A program made the position numbers and the translations under genes. From the NCBI RefSeq assembly GCF_028641065.1, contig NC_073387.1, positions 32,922,001 to 32,986,000 on the forward strand: a stretch of 64,000 nt of DNA, written 5' to 3'. Below the pieces are notes generated by a model, which did not search any database, was not told the origin of the DNA, and was given only the letters and a program-made list of their open reading frames with translations. Origin of the DNA: Leucoraja erinacea (Eukaryota). Below are positions 47,425-60,080 of this stretch, piece after piece (positions within the stretch are counted from its first letter, which is position 1; each line of letters starts with the position of its first letter).

Positions 47425-49125
47425 AGAGATGGTTAAGATTGCATGGGATCCAAGGAGAGATAGCTGAATGGATAGCAAATTGGCTCCATGGAAGGAAGCA
47501 GAGGGTGATGGTGGAAGGTTGCTTCTTGGACTGGAGGCCTGTGACTAGTGGTGTGCCTCAGGGTTCAGTACTGGGCCCGTTACTGTTTGTCATCTACATC
47601 AATGTAGGATAAGAACATACAGGGCAAGATTAGCAAGTTTGCTGATGATATAAAAGTTAGTGGTTTTGCAGATAGTGAAGATGGTTGTGAAAGATTGCAG
47701 CAGGATCTGGATCGAATGGCCAGGTGGGCGGAGGAATAGTTGATGGAATTTAATACAGAGAAGCAAGAGCGGAACTCGCTATTAAAAACATGGAGGGGAT
47801 GGGGGACACAATTTTTTGGCGGCCGCGCGCGCATGCGCACAGTCACACACACACGCGCGAGGCTTCGGAGGCTCAATCCAGCGCTAAATGAAGCTCAACT
47901 CAACTGCCTATCTTACCGGGTTAACCAACAGCCCTGTCTGGCCTGACGGGACACCAGCGTGCTTCTCCACGCTGGCCATATTTCCCGCAGGGGCAGGCAG
48001 AGTTGAGCTGGGTTTAGTGCTGTTTCTCTGTGCTGGTTGTAGGCCTGGGGGCACAGCTCGCATCTGACTCTCGACCTCTCTGGCCACCCGTGGGGGGGCG
48101 CACTCAAGACAGCGCCGGTGACCCGGCCGGGATCGATCCTGCCTGCCTGTGCCACGTCTCCCTCCTCCAATCGCCGCACTCTATCCTCAGTCCCACCCCC
48201 CACTCCTCCCTCCTCCAATCATCGTGCCCGCGATCATCAGTCCCACCCCCACTGTCTCGCGAAAAGCGGAGATGTTAAAATACGGATCACAAAAACTTGG
48301 GGTGGGTGTCCCCCACCTCTCAAAACATGGGGGGGGGGGGCGTGTCTCCTCTGGCCTCCCCCGGGTTTTCCGCCCCTGCAGAGGTGTGAGGTGTTGCATT
48401 ATGGGGCGTGGAACAAGGGCGAACAACTGTAAATGGTAAGCCTCTGGGTAGTGTTGTAGAGCAGAAGGATCTAGGAGTACAGATGCATGGTTCATTGAAG
48501 GTTGAGTTGCAGGTAGTCAAAAAGGCTTTTGGCACTTTGGTCTTCATGAGTCGGTGTATTGAGTATAGAAGCTGGGGGTCATGTTGCAGTTGTATTAGAC
48601 GGTGATGGGACTACATTTAGAATATTGTGTTCAATTCTGAATTCTGGGCACCATGTTATAGGAAAGATATTGTCAAGCTTAAAAGGGTTCAGAAAAGATT
48701 AACGAGGATCTTGCCAGGACTAGAGGGTGTGAGCTATAGGGAGAGGTTGAGTAGGTTGGGTCTCTATTCCATGGAGCGCAGGAGGATGAGGGGTGATCTT
48801 ATAGAGGTGTACAAAATCATTAGAGGAGTAGATCGGGTAGATGCACCGTCTCTTGCCCAGAGTAGGGGAATCGAGGACCAGAGGACATAGGTTCAAGGTG
48901 AAGGGGGAAAGATTTAATAGGAATCCGAGGGGCAACTTTTTCACACAAAGGGTGGTGGGTGTATGGAACAAGTTGCCAGAGGAAGTAGTTGAGGCTGGGA
49001 CTATGCCAACATTTAAGAAACAGTTAGACATGTACATGTACAGGTTTGGTGGGACTAGTGTAGCTGGGACATTGTGGGCGAGTTGGGCTGAAGGGCCCGT
49101 TTCTACACTGTATGACTCTATCTAA
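47425..49125 (+). mobile_element. CR1 LINE, 5'-truncated, interrupted by a hAT element
   Basis: [58 protein letters not shown] and the 3' UTR. Confidence 0.9.
47764..48378. mobile_element. hAT-type non-autonomous element (615 bp)
   Basis: TIRs CAAGAGCGGAA / TTCCGCCCCTG; 8-bp target cagagaag partly duplicated (cagag--g). Removing it restores CR1 EFNTEKCEVLH. Confidence 0.7.
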
Positions 49126-50039
49126 ACTTGTCCCAGGACAAGACCTGAAGTATTTGATTTTAAATGGAGAATAGAATCAGCATGCTTCATGCTGATAAAC
49201 AGCCAAATCTCCATCCACAAGAATGACATTGCTCTTATCAACCAACATCAACTATATTAACTTTTTAATGTGGTGGTTCAATTTGAGCCCAAATGCAGTA
49301 ACAAAAACCAAAAGATTTTTGCAAATGCACGAAATAAATGACCCATGCCCTATCTGAGAAACTAGTGTACATTTATTCTCTGCCTTTTTAGTCAACAGCT
49401 AGCAGTTGTGCAATTCCACTGAGAGGCAGTATTCTTGAAAGTTCAGTCATTTAAAAATGTGACCACTGTGTATCTTCCAACATGCACCACGCACAGTGCA
49501 CAAAGATTCCATTCTCCAGATCATTTCATTTGCAAGTATTAGCATTCCAAAGATGTGAGCCAATTCTTGTTGCCTAAGTAGCGGTAATGATGCCAATTTA
49601 ATTCACCCTATTGATATTTAACTCAAGGTGAGCGATTTCGGCTATCCTCTGTGTCCCTCACTTATGACATAGCTGTACAATTCAAGAACACTGGCTGAAC
49701 CTATGGCTCCTTCGGCAAAATAATGCACATATAAAGTGGCATATAATACAGGCAGCGGAAATATTAGCTACATATAAAATAATACTGTCATTATTTCTCT
49801 TACTGCTCTGTGGGTGGATTGGTTGGTCCCTGCATGTCTTACCGATGGAGGGGGATTTATCCCGTGGGAGGGAGCGCCTTTCACTTGGCTGTGTTCATTT
49901 CTCTTTTATTCCATGCATATAATGGCCTTAAGCCCACAAGGTCTTCATCCTCCACGGAAGCTCATGCGGGCTCTTTTTATTTTCCTGATTTGGAAAGATC
50001 AAATAGCTGGCTGATGGAGAATTGGTGAAGTTGGAAAAT

Positions 50040-50790
50040 CAAGAAGGATTAATGTCTGAGGAGTGTTTGATGGCCCTGTACTTGCTGGAGTTTCGCAGGA
50101 TGAGGGGGAGATATCATTGAAACGTACCGGATAGAGTTGGCGGGGAGAGTCTCCATTATTGGGAGAGTCTCAAACTAGAAATAAAAGGACATACCTTGTG
50201 AAATGGAGATGAGGAGGAATTTCTTCAGCTAGAGGGTGGCGAATCTTTGGAACTCATTGCCACATATGTTTGCGGAGACTGTCATTTGGTATGTTTAAGG
50301 CAGAGATTGATTGATCATTGATTAGAATAGAATAGAATAGAATAGTTTCTTTATTGTCATTGTAACATGAACCATGTACAATGAAATTTAAAAATGTCAG
50401 CCAGTCAGTGCACCATTCAAACATTTCTAAAAGCTAACGATACATACAAGATAAAATATTAAAAGATAAACAACTAAAATAAATATCACGAAAATAGCAC
50501 GCATAAACACATCAACGGTTAATATGAAAAGGCAGCACAATGGGGTTAAGAGGGAAAAGAAGATCAGCCATGATCGAATGACAGAGCAGACTTGATGAGC
50601 CAAATGGCCTAATTCTACTCCAACGTGGCTATATTCAGTGTTGCTGAGAAGTTGGTGCAGGGGGCAGGGATTTAAATTTCTAGATCACTGGGATCTCTTC
50701 TGGGGCAGGGGTAACCTGTAGAAAAGGGACAGGTTGTGTCTTAATTGGAGGGGGACTGACATTCTGGCAGGCAGGTTTGCTAGTGTTACA
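50040..50790 (+). mobile_element. CR1 fragments: 3' end (50040-50620) and ORF1 esterase piece (50630-50790)
   Basis: LEFRRMRG and [17 protein letters not shown]; FKFLDHWDLFWGR...RD.L.LN.RG..ILAGRFA (SGNH-like). Confidence 0.65.
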
Positions 50791-52004
50791 TGGAGTCAAC
50801 AACGTGGAAGCGTTGGAAGAGAATAAAATGGGATTTGTGCAAATATCTTCTGATCGGCACAGATTGGATGTTTTGAAGAACTAGTTAGCAAATGCTACAA
50901 TATGCAAACTGTAGTGACTGTCATGCAAAGCCAAAAGATAACCTGTTACTGGTAGTTTTCATGGTGTATTGGAAGAGCTCATCTATACTGTGATATTGGC
51001 ACACTAAAAATTGGCACTTAAGATGGACCACTTCCTACTTCAAGTTTATACCCGATTGAAAAACCTAGGCTTGTAGTTTGAATTAAAACCTTAGCTTAGC
51101 TAGAATTACACAGATAGAATTACTTCTAATAGTTCTGCAAACTGCATTGCAAGAGTCAGCACTTTGCCAGGTTTCTCTTTGACCTCGTACAGTAGAGTTG
51201 CTGAAATAAGCAGTGGATCTGTGGTTGGCTGAAGCTCTGACAAATTCCTGAACTGTAACAGATTTCCATGGCAGGAAACTTTAATCACCCTTCCTGAACT
51301 GGATTTGAACTCTATAAAGAGGGTTGTGATTAGATCACTGTCTTTATAAAAACCCAACCCAAATCTTTGAATGCTGAACCAATCATTGTGCTTAAGCACC
51401 AAAACAGCTGTCTTGCATCAATAAAAAATGGAAACTTGTAAAGCACCAGAATACTGTTTTGCTGAAGCAATTATGTAGTTTTGTTGACATAGTAATGAAT
51501 ATTATTTGATTATTGATTACCTGATTATTTTTTCATTTCCTGAATGTGTCCAGTTTTTATATCAGAATACACATACCATGTGTGTGGGTTGATGGGTGGA
51601 GATAGGGGTGCGGGGTTAGAAATAAGCTTAATCTTTTGCAGCACCAGGACTTTAGTATGACAAATGTCACATATTAAGGAGGCCATGAATGATAACAAGT
51701 ATTGTGAGCGCTTAGGTAGATTATCTGCAGAAAGATGGATAAAGTTTACATTCCATTGCTGTGCATTTTCTGAAGAGCATACATTATATGACACCAGGGT
51801 ATTGTTGCATGTAGAATGGTTTATCAATGCTGAGTGATGATTTCTACATGTAAATGTGGATGGTATTACTCGCAGGATGTCTGACAGCCAAGCCCAGTTC
51901 TCTACACAGGTTCATCGTGACCTCTGGAAGGTAAAACTGATGATCTTTCTCCTCCACTGTAAAGGCTAATTAGGCTACATTCCAAACTGGTTATCATGCT
52001 TTAG

Positions 52005-53150
52005 TATACAAACTTAAAGCACAGTATTGGGGGTTCAGTATTGATGTGGATAGAGAACTGGCTGGCAGACAGGAAGCAAAGAGTAGGAGTAAACGGGTCC
52101 TTTTCACAATGGCAGGCAGTGACTAGTGGGGTACCGCAAGCCTTAGTGCTGGGACCCCAGCTATTTACAATATATATTAATGATTTGGACGAGGGAATTG
52201 AATGCAACATCTCCAAGATTGCGGATGACACAAAGCTGGGGGGCAGTGTTAGCTGTGAGGAGGATGCTAGGAGGCTGCAAGGTGACTTGGATAGGCTGGG
52301 TGAGTGGGCAAATGCATGGCAGATGCAGTATAATGTGGATAAATGTGAGGTTATCCACTTTGGTGGCAAAAACAGGAAAGTAGACTATTATCTGAATGGT
52401 GGCCGATTAGGAAAGGGGGAGATGCAACAAGGCCTGGGTGTCATGGTATACCAGTCATTGAAAGTAGGCATGCAGGTGCAGCAGGCAGTGAAGAAAGTGA
52501 ATGGTATGTTAGCATTCATAGCAAAAGGATTTGAGTATAGGAGCAGGGAGGTTCTACTGCAGTTGTATAGGGTCTTGGTGAGACCACGCCTGGAGTATTG
52601 CGTACAGTTTTGGTCTCCTAATCTGAGGAAAGACATTCTTGCCATAGAGGGAGTACAGAGAAGGTTCACCAGAATGATTTGTGGGATGTCAGGACTTTCA
52701 TATGAAGAAAGACTGGATAGACTTGGCTTGTACTCGCTAGAATTTAGAAGATTGAGGGGAGATCTTATAGAAACTTACAAAATTCTTAAGGGGTTGGACA
52801 GGCTAGATGCAGGAAGATTGTTCCCAATGTCAGGGAAGTCCAGAACAAGGGGTCACAGTTTAAGGATAAGGGGGAAATCTTTTAGGACCGAGATGAGGAA
52901 AATTTTTCACACAGAGAGTGGTGAATCTCTGGAATTCTCTGCCACAGAAGGTAGTTGAGGCCAGTTCATTGGCTATGTTTAAGAGGGAGTTAGATGTGGC
53001 CCTTGTGGCTAAAAGGATCAGGGGGTATGGAGAGAAGGCAGGTACAGGATACTGAGTTGGGTGATCAGCCATGATCATATTGAATGGCGGTGCAGGCTCG
53101 AAGGGCCGAATTGCCTACTCCTGCACTTATTTTCTATGTTTCTATGTTTC
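52005..53150 (+). mobile_element. Young CR1 LINE, 5'-truncated, open 305-aa RT C-terminal frame
   Basis: ORF 52041..52958 (SGVPQ, K.ADDTKL, LEYCVQFWSP), complete 3' UTR and (ctatgttt)n tail. Confidence 0.95.
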
Positions 53151-53429
53151 TATTGTCTCAGGAAATATAAAATAATATATGCTGATAATGATGATGAATA
53201 TGCTCAATATATGAGCATCTGTGAAGAAACAGTTAATGCATCAGTTTGAAGACCTTTCATCTTTGATCTGAAATGTTAACTGTTTTCCTTTCCACAGATG
53301 CTGCATGGCCTGCTGAGTGTTTCCAGCATTTTTTCTTTACATTTCAGATTTATAGCCTTTGATGGGTTTCTTTGCTTTTCATAACATAACTCAGCCCAGA
53401 TACGAGACCAAACTTGATATTTTTCTTGC

Positions 53430-53788
53430 AGATTGTTAAGATTGTTAAGGGTTTGGACACGCTAAAGGCAGGAAACATGTTCCCGATGTAGGGGCAGTCC
53501 AGAACCAGGGGCCACAGTTTAAGAATAAGGAGTAAGCCGTTTAGAACGGAGAAGGAAACACTTTTTCTCACAGAGAGAGGTGAGTCTGTAGAATTCTCTG
53601 CCTCAGAGGGCGGTGAAGGTAGGTTCTCTGGATGCTTTCAAGAGAGAGCTAGATAGGACTCTTAAAAAATAGCGGAGTCAGGGGATATGGGGAGAACGCA
53701 GGAACGGGATACTGATTGGTGATGATCAGCCATGATCCCATTGAATGGCGGTGCTGGCTCTAAGGGCCGAATGGCCTACTCCTGCACC
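53430..53788 (+). mobile_element. CR1 3'-terminal fragment fused to the next copy
   Basis: Nearly the same sequence as 55790-56130, without the microsatellite tail. Confidence 0.85.
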
Positions 53789-56150
53789 TGGATTCTTTGA
53801 ACAGCTTGTATTGGAGCCTACCAGGGAGAAAGCAATTCTGGATTTAGTGTTATGTAATGAACCGGATTTGATAAAGGACCTCGAGGTTAATGAGCCATCA
53901 GGAGGCAGTGACCATAACATGGTCAGGTTTAATCTACAATTGGAGAGGGAGAAGAGCAGATCGGAGGTGTCAGTGTTGCAGTTGAATAAAGGGGATTATG
54001 GAGCCATGAGGGAGGAGCTGGCCAAAGTTGACTGGAAAGATACACTAGCAGGGATGACAGTGGAACAAAAATGGCAGGTGTTTCTAGGAATAATACAGAA
54101 GGTGCAAATTCAGTTCATTCCTAGGAGGAAGAAAGATTCCAAGGGGAGAAAGGGACAACCATGGCTGATGGGACATCAGGGACAGTATAAAAATTAAAGC
54201 GAAGAAGTACAACTCAGCAAAGATGTGCGGGAAGCAAGAGGATTGGGTAATGTTTAAAGAACAACAGAAGATAACCAAAAAGACAATACGGGGAGAAAAG
54301 ATGAGGTACGAAGGTAAGCTAGCCAAGAATATAAAGCAGGATAGTAAAAGCTTCTTTAGGTATGTGAAGAGGAAAACATTATTTAAGACCAAAGTTGGAC
54401 CCTTGAAGACCGAAAAATTTATTATGGGAAATGGCAAATGACTTGAACAGGTACTTTGGATCTGTCTTCACTAAGGAGGACACAAACAATCTTCCTGATA
54501 TAGTAGTGGCCAGAGGATCTGGGGTGACAGTTGAACTGAAGAAAATCCACATTAGGCAGGAAATGGTGTTGGATAGACAGATGGGACTGAAGGCTGATAA
54601 ATCCCCAGGGCCTGATGGTCTGCCTCCCAGGGTACTTAAGGAAGTGGCTCTGGAAATCGTGGATGCATTGGTGATAATTTTCCAATGTTCTATAGACTCA
54701 GGATCAGTTCATGTGGATTGGAGCTAATGTTACCTCACTTTTTAAGAAAGGCGGGAGAGAGAAAATGGGGAATTATAGACCAGTTAGCCTGACGTCGGTG
54801 GTGGGGAAGATGCTGGAGTCAATTATAAAAGATGAGATAGCCGCAAATTTGGATAGCAGTAACAGGATCGGTCCGAGTCAGCATGGATTTACGATGGGGA
54901 AATCATGCTTGACTAAACTTCTGGAATTTTTTGAAGATGTAACTAGGAAAATGGACAAGGCAGAGCCAATGGATGTAGTGTACCTGGACTTTCAGAAAGC
55001 ATTTGATAAGGTCCCGCACGGGTGACTAAAATTAGAGCACATGGTATTGGGGGTAGAGTGCTGACATGGATAGAGAAGTGGTTGGCAGACAGGAAACAAA
55101 GAGTAGGGATTAACAGGTCCCTTTCAGAATGGCAGGCAGTGACTAGTGGGGTACCACAAGGCTCGGTGCTGGGACCGCAGCTATTTACAATATACATCAA
55201 TGATTTGGATGAAGGGATTCAAAGTAACATTAGCAAATTTGCAGATGACACATAGCTGGATGGCAGTGTGAACTGTGAGAAGGATGCTATGAGAATGCAC
55301 GGTGACTTGGACAGGTTGGGGGATTGGGCAGATGCATAGCAGATTAAGTTTAATGCGGATAAATGTGAGGTTATCCACCTTGGTAGCAAAAACAGGAAGG
55401 CAGATTACTATCTTAATGGTGTCAAATTGGGAAAAGGGGAAGTACAACAGGGGTCCTTGTACATTAGTCACTGAAAGTAAGCATGCAGGTACAGCAGGCA
55501 GTGAAGAAAGCGAATGGCATGTTGGCCTTTATAGCAAGAGGAATCGAATATAAGAGCAAAGAGGTCCTTCTGCAGTTGTACAGAACCCTAGTGAGACCAC
55601 ACCTGGAGTATTGTGTGCAGTTTTGGTCCCCTAATTTGAGGAAGGACATTCTTGCTATTGAGGGAGTGCAGCGTAGGTTTACAAGGTTAATTCCCGGGAT
55701 GGCGGGGACTGTCATATGCTGAGAGAATGGAGCAGCTGGGCTTGTACACTCTGGAGTTTAGAAGGATGAGTGGGAATCTCATTGAAACAGATAAGATTGT
55801 GCTTGGACACGCAAGAGGCAGGAAACATGTTCCCGATGTTGGGGGAGTCCACAACCAGGGGCTACAGTATAAGAATAAGGAGTAAGTCATTTAGAAAGGA
55901 GACGAGGAAACACTTTTTTTCAAATAGAGTGGTGAGTCTCTCTGCCTCAGAGGGCTGTGGAGGCAGGTTTTCTGGATGCTTTCATGAGAGAGCTAGATAG
56001 GGCTCTTAAAAATAGCGGAGTCAGGGAATAAGGGGAGAAGGCAGGAACGGGGTACTGATTGGCGATGATCAGCCATGATCACATTGAATGGCGGTGCTGG
56101 CTCGAAGGGCCAAATGGCCTACTGCTGCATCTATTGTCTATTGTCTATTG
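53789..56150 (+). mobile_element. CR1 LINE ORF2 (endonuclease end to 3' tail), frameshifted
   Basis: [58 protein letters not shown]; tail (ctattgt)n. Confidence 0.95.
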
Positions 56151-56909
56151 CAGATTAACAACATTCAACTGCAAAATTCTTGGGTTCTAGTTTTATATTT
56201 TGAGTTGTAATTGACACATAACATTGGTTAATGAACATTGCTGTTAAAGGACCACTCTGAGAATTGTTTCTGCACTAATGGAGGAAATAATTGATAGGCT
56301 GAAACAAATAAACACTAAATATGTTAATGAACATAGAAATTATTATGGAGACATGAGGCTGCATACGCTGAAACATTGAGTTAAAAAAACTGCTGGAGTA
56401 ACTCAGTGGAACAGGCAGCATCTGTGTAGTGAAGTGCATAGTTGACATTTCGGTTCCGGACCCTTCAATAATTGTAGTCCATGTGGTGTAAATGATCTGT
56501 AAATTACTGAGCAATGGTTATTGGAGTGTAATCTTAATGGATCATGCAATTAAACAGCAGCAATGCAGAAATAATGGAAGGATAATGTTTTCTGTTTGGT
56601 TTGTGCGATATATTTTAATCTCAAGAGCTCCTTTCATTTTTCTCTCTAATTCAGAACTTTTACACATGCATTTAAAGTGGAGAGATTACTTGCTGTAAAA
56701 TATCTGTTTGCATTGCAAATGAATTGGCACAACAAAAAGAGCACCTAAATCCTGGCTTGGCTGAAAGAATGTGCCAATTTTCACACAGAGCACACACACA
56801 CACGCAGAGTACCTGTCTGATAGGATTCTCTTACTCAAAGAAGGAAATTTGCCAAAATGTTGACTGTAATGCAACATTTTATGTATGACGAGAGATTGGA
56901 TATGTTGGG

Positions 56910-57080
56910 ACACAAAATGCTGGAGTAACTCAGCGGGTCAGGCAGGATCTCTGGAGAACAAGGATAGGTGACATTTCAGGTCGGGAGGCCTTCTTCAGAC
57001 TCAAGTTTAAAGTCTGTAGTTTTTGAATCTGAAGAAGGATCCCGACTCAAAATGTCACCTATCCATGTTCTCCAGAGATA
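56910..57080. mobile_element. PLE-derived inverted dimer with two opposed hammerhead-like cores
   Basis: gtgacatttcaggtcgggaggccttcttcag (minus-strand core) facing ctgaagaaggatcccgactcaaaatgtcac (plus-strand core). Confidence 0.7.
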
Positions 57081-57600
57081 CAATACAATACAATATTCAT
57101 TCAATTTGAACCTCAGTGAGGCTCAAACGAAACTGTTTCCACAGCCATACAAACGAAACAATACCTACAAGACACACAAATAATTCAATTTACACAAACA
57201 TTCATCACAGTGAATCTCCTCCTCACTGTGATGGAAGGCAAAGTCTTTTCTCTCCCCTGTGCACCATTTCTCTCCCGATGTCGAAGCCCCAGGCAGGCGA
57301 TGGCAAGTCCCACGGCCATTTAAAGCCACGCTGGGCAATGTACGGCCCCGCTCCAGGCACAAAAATCACAATGTTGGAGCCCCCGTCTGGCCCTGGAATA
57401 TCCCGCGGCCTTTAAAGCTGCGCCGGGCGATGTAAGGCCCCACTCCGGGTCGTTCCAGCCCCGCGACACAGGCTGGAGAAGTTGTGTTGCGGGAGCTCTG
57501 AAAAGCGGTCTCCACCCAGACCCGCGAGCTCCCGATGTCCCAGTCCACCGGCCAGCAGCTGGAGCCTCTGAGCTCCGGAGTCAGGCCGCAGCAGGACTTG
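57081..57600 (-). mobile_element. Non-autonomous retroelement related to 27224-28082
   Basis: Shared blocks such as caaacgaaa...cagccatac, ctgtgatggaaggc and gatggc...gtcccacggccatt; tail (attgt)n. Confidence 0.65.
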
Positions 57601-58189
57601 ATAGAGGTATGTAAACTTAGGAGATAGAAAGGCAGGTTATCCCACATTTAAGCAGAATCGGACGAGCACTTTGATTGCCAAGGTATAATTGTATATGGAT
57701 CATGTGATGAGATATGAGATTAGTTTAGAGAGGTACTTGATAGTTGCAACCACCCTATGGATGAAACAAATACTTCCACAAAGGGCCTGGTCTGTGCTTT
57801 ATGACTATTATGGAGGGGCCATGGCATTTTTGGTCTTCATTTGAAAAGATTGACAGCATGCAGATTTATCAAGTAAATGACGATACCTGCAGAAATTTCA
57901 CAACACTGAGATTCTTTGATCTTATCCCTACAGATGTATTTACTCACAACATTGAATCAAGAATACAAGGCAAACAATATTAACCATTCTATAAATTTAA
58001 CATAGGACTGAATGCTGATGTTGCCATAAACAGGCACAGAAAATGTTGCCTTTTAATGTAAGGTAGAAATTTAATTTTTGATTAGCCAGAAGTCATTCCT
58101 GAAAATATTCATGATCATATAGCATCTTATGGGCTGGCATTGTATTAAATCGACAAGCAAAATATCGTCATTGGGAGCCAATGTAATTC

Positions 58190-60080
58190 CACTTTTTAAG
58201 GCAGCCAACTTTTTAAGAAAGGAGGGAGAGAGGAAACGGGGAATTATAGACCAGTTATAGACCAGTTAGCCTTACATCGGTAGAGGTGAAGATGCTTGAG
58301 TTGATTATTAAAGATGTTATAGCAGCGCATTTGGGAAGCAGTGACAGGATCGGTCAAAGTCAGCATGGATTTATGAAGGGGAAATTATGCTTGACCAATC
58401 TTCAGAATTATTTTTAGGATGTAACAAGTAGAATGGATAACGAAAAGCCAGCGGATGTAGTGTATCTGGACTTTCAAAAAGCCTTTGACAAGGTCCCACA
58501 CAAGAGGTTAGTGTGCAAAATAATAGAGCACTATAAATGTATTGGGGGTAGGGCTGATGTTGACATAGAGGCAACTGGTCGACAATGACAGGAAGCAAAG
58601 AGTATTTTGATTACAGAGTCCTTTTGAAAATATTCATGATCAGTGAGCTAGTGGGGTGGCGTAGCTGGGACCGACAAGTTAAATGCAATCATTGGGTACC
58701 AATGTAATTGACTTTTTTAAATGGCATCTCCAAGTTTTAAGCAGGTGACACAAGAGGGTGGCAGTGGGAGCTGCGACCAGTATGCTATAAGGCTGCAGGG
58801 TGTCTTGGATAGGTTGGGTGAGTGGGCAGATGCATGGCAGATGCAGTATAATGTGGATAAATGTGAGTTTATCCACTTTGGTGGCAAGAACAGGAAGGCA
58901 TATCTGAATGGTGTCAGATTAGGAAAAGGGGGGGTGCAACAAGACCTGGGTATGCTTGTACATCAGTCACTGGAAGCAAAAAGCATGTGAGGTCTCACAC
59001 AAGAGCAGTGAAGAAATTAATGGCCTTAGTATTGCGAGAGGGTTTGAATTAGATAAAGGATGTCCCACAGCAAAGTATGAATACAGGGTCCTTTTGAGAA
59101 TGGCAGGCAGTGAAGTATTGTGTTGCCGTAGCTGGGACTCCTAGTTATTTGCAAGGACATTTAACGATTTGGAGCGCAGAAGGTAAGGGGGACTTGATAG
59201 AGTTTGCAGGTGACACAAAGCAGGGTGGCAGTGTGAGCTGCGTTGATGTGGACAAGCTTTTCCCTTTGAGAAGGTTGGGTGATTCAAACATGAGGACATG
59301 ACTTCAGAATAATGTGGACAGAAGTTATCCAGGGGGTAACATGAGGGGGAACTTATTATCTGAATGGTAGTCAGATGTAGGAATGAGGGGAGTGCAAGTG
59401 GTGTCAGTAGGCATTGTACATCATTCAAAAATAAATTGGATACGCATATGGATGAGAAGGGAATGGAGGGTTATGGTATGATTGCAGGCAGGTGGGACTA
59501 AGGGAAAAAAGTTGTTCGGCACGGACTTGTAGGGCCGAGATGGCCTCTTTCCGTGCTGTAATTGTTATCTCCTAGTTTGTAATTGTTATATGGTTATTAT
59601 TGCTATTGAGGGAGTGCAGCGTACGTTCACCATGTTAATTCCTGGGATGGTGGGATTGACATATGATGAAAGAATAGGTCGACTGGGCTTGTATTCACTG
59701 GAATTTAGCAGGATGAGAGGTTTCTTATATAGAAACATATACAATTATTTTACAATGTTCCCGATGTTGGGGGAGTCCAGAACCAGGTGTCACAGTTTAA
59801 GAATAAGGGGTGGGCCATTTAGGACTGAGATGAGGTAAAACTTTTTCACCCAGAGAGTTATGGTATCCCATGGTATTCTCAGCCACAGAAGGCAGTGGAG
59901 ACCAATTCACTGGGTGTTTTCAAAAGAGAGTTAGATTTAGCTCTTAGGTCTAAAGGTATCAAAGGATATGGGGAAAAAGCAGGAAATGGGATACTGATTT
60001 TAGATGATCAGCCATGATCATATTGAATGGCGGTGCTGGCTCGAAGTGCCTACTCCTGCACCTATTTTTCTATGTTTCTA
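58190..60080 (+). mobile_element. CR1 LINE RT to 3' tail, middle scrambled
   Basis: [37 protein letters not shown] and tail ttttctatgtttctatt; 58560-59600 interleaved with other sequence. Confidence 0.85.

Noticed and set aside
51106-51402. 98-aa minus-strand ORF, and 60117..60299, as exons of an upstream gene such as AFAP1L1
   Set aside because: No convincing match to motifs I recall and no consistent splice pair.
51876-51930. Mini-exon-like cag|GATGTCTGAC...GGAAG|gtaaaa (MSDSQAQFSTQVHRDLWK)
   Set aside because: Isolated, weak polypyrimidine tract, no partner exons or homology recognised.
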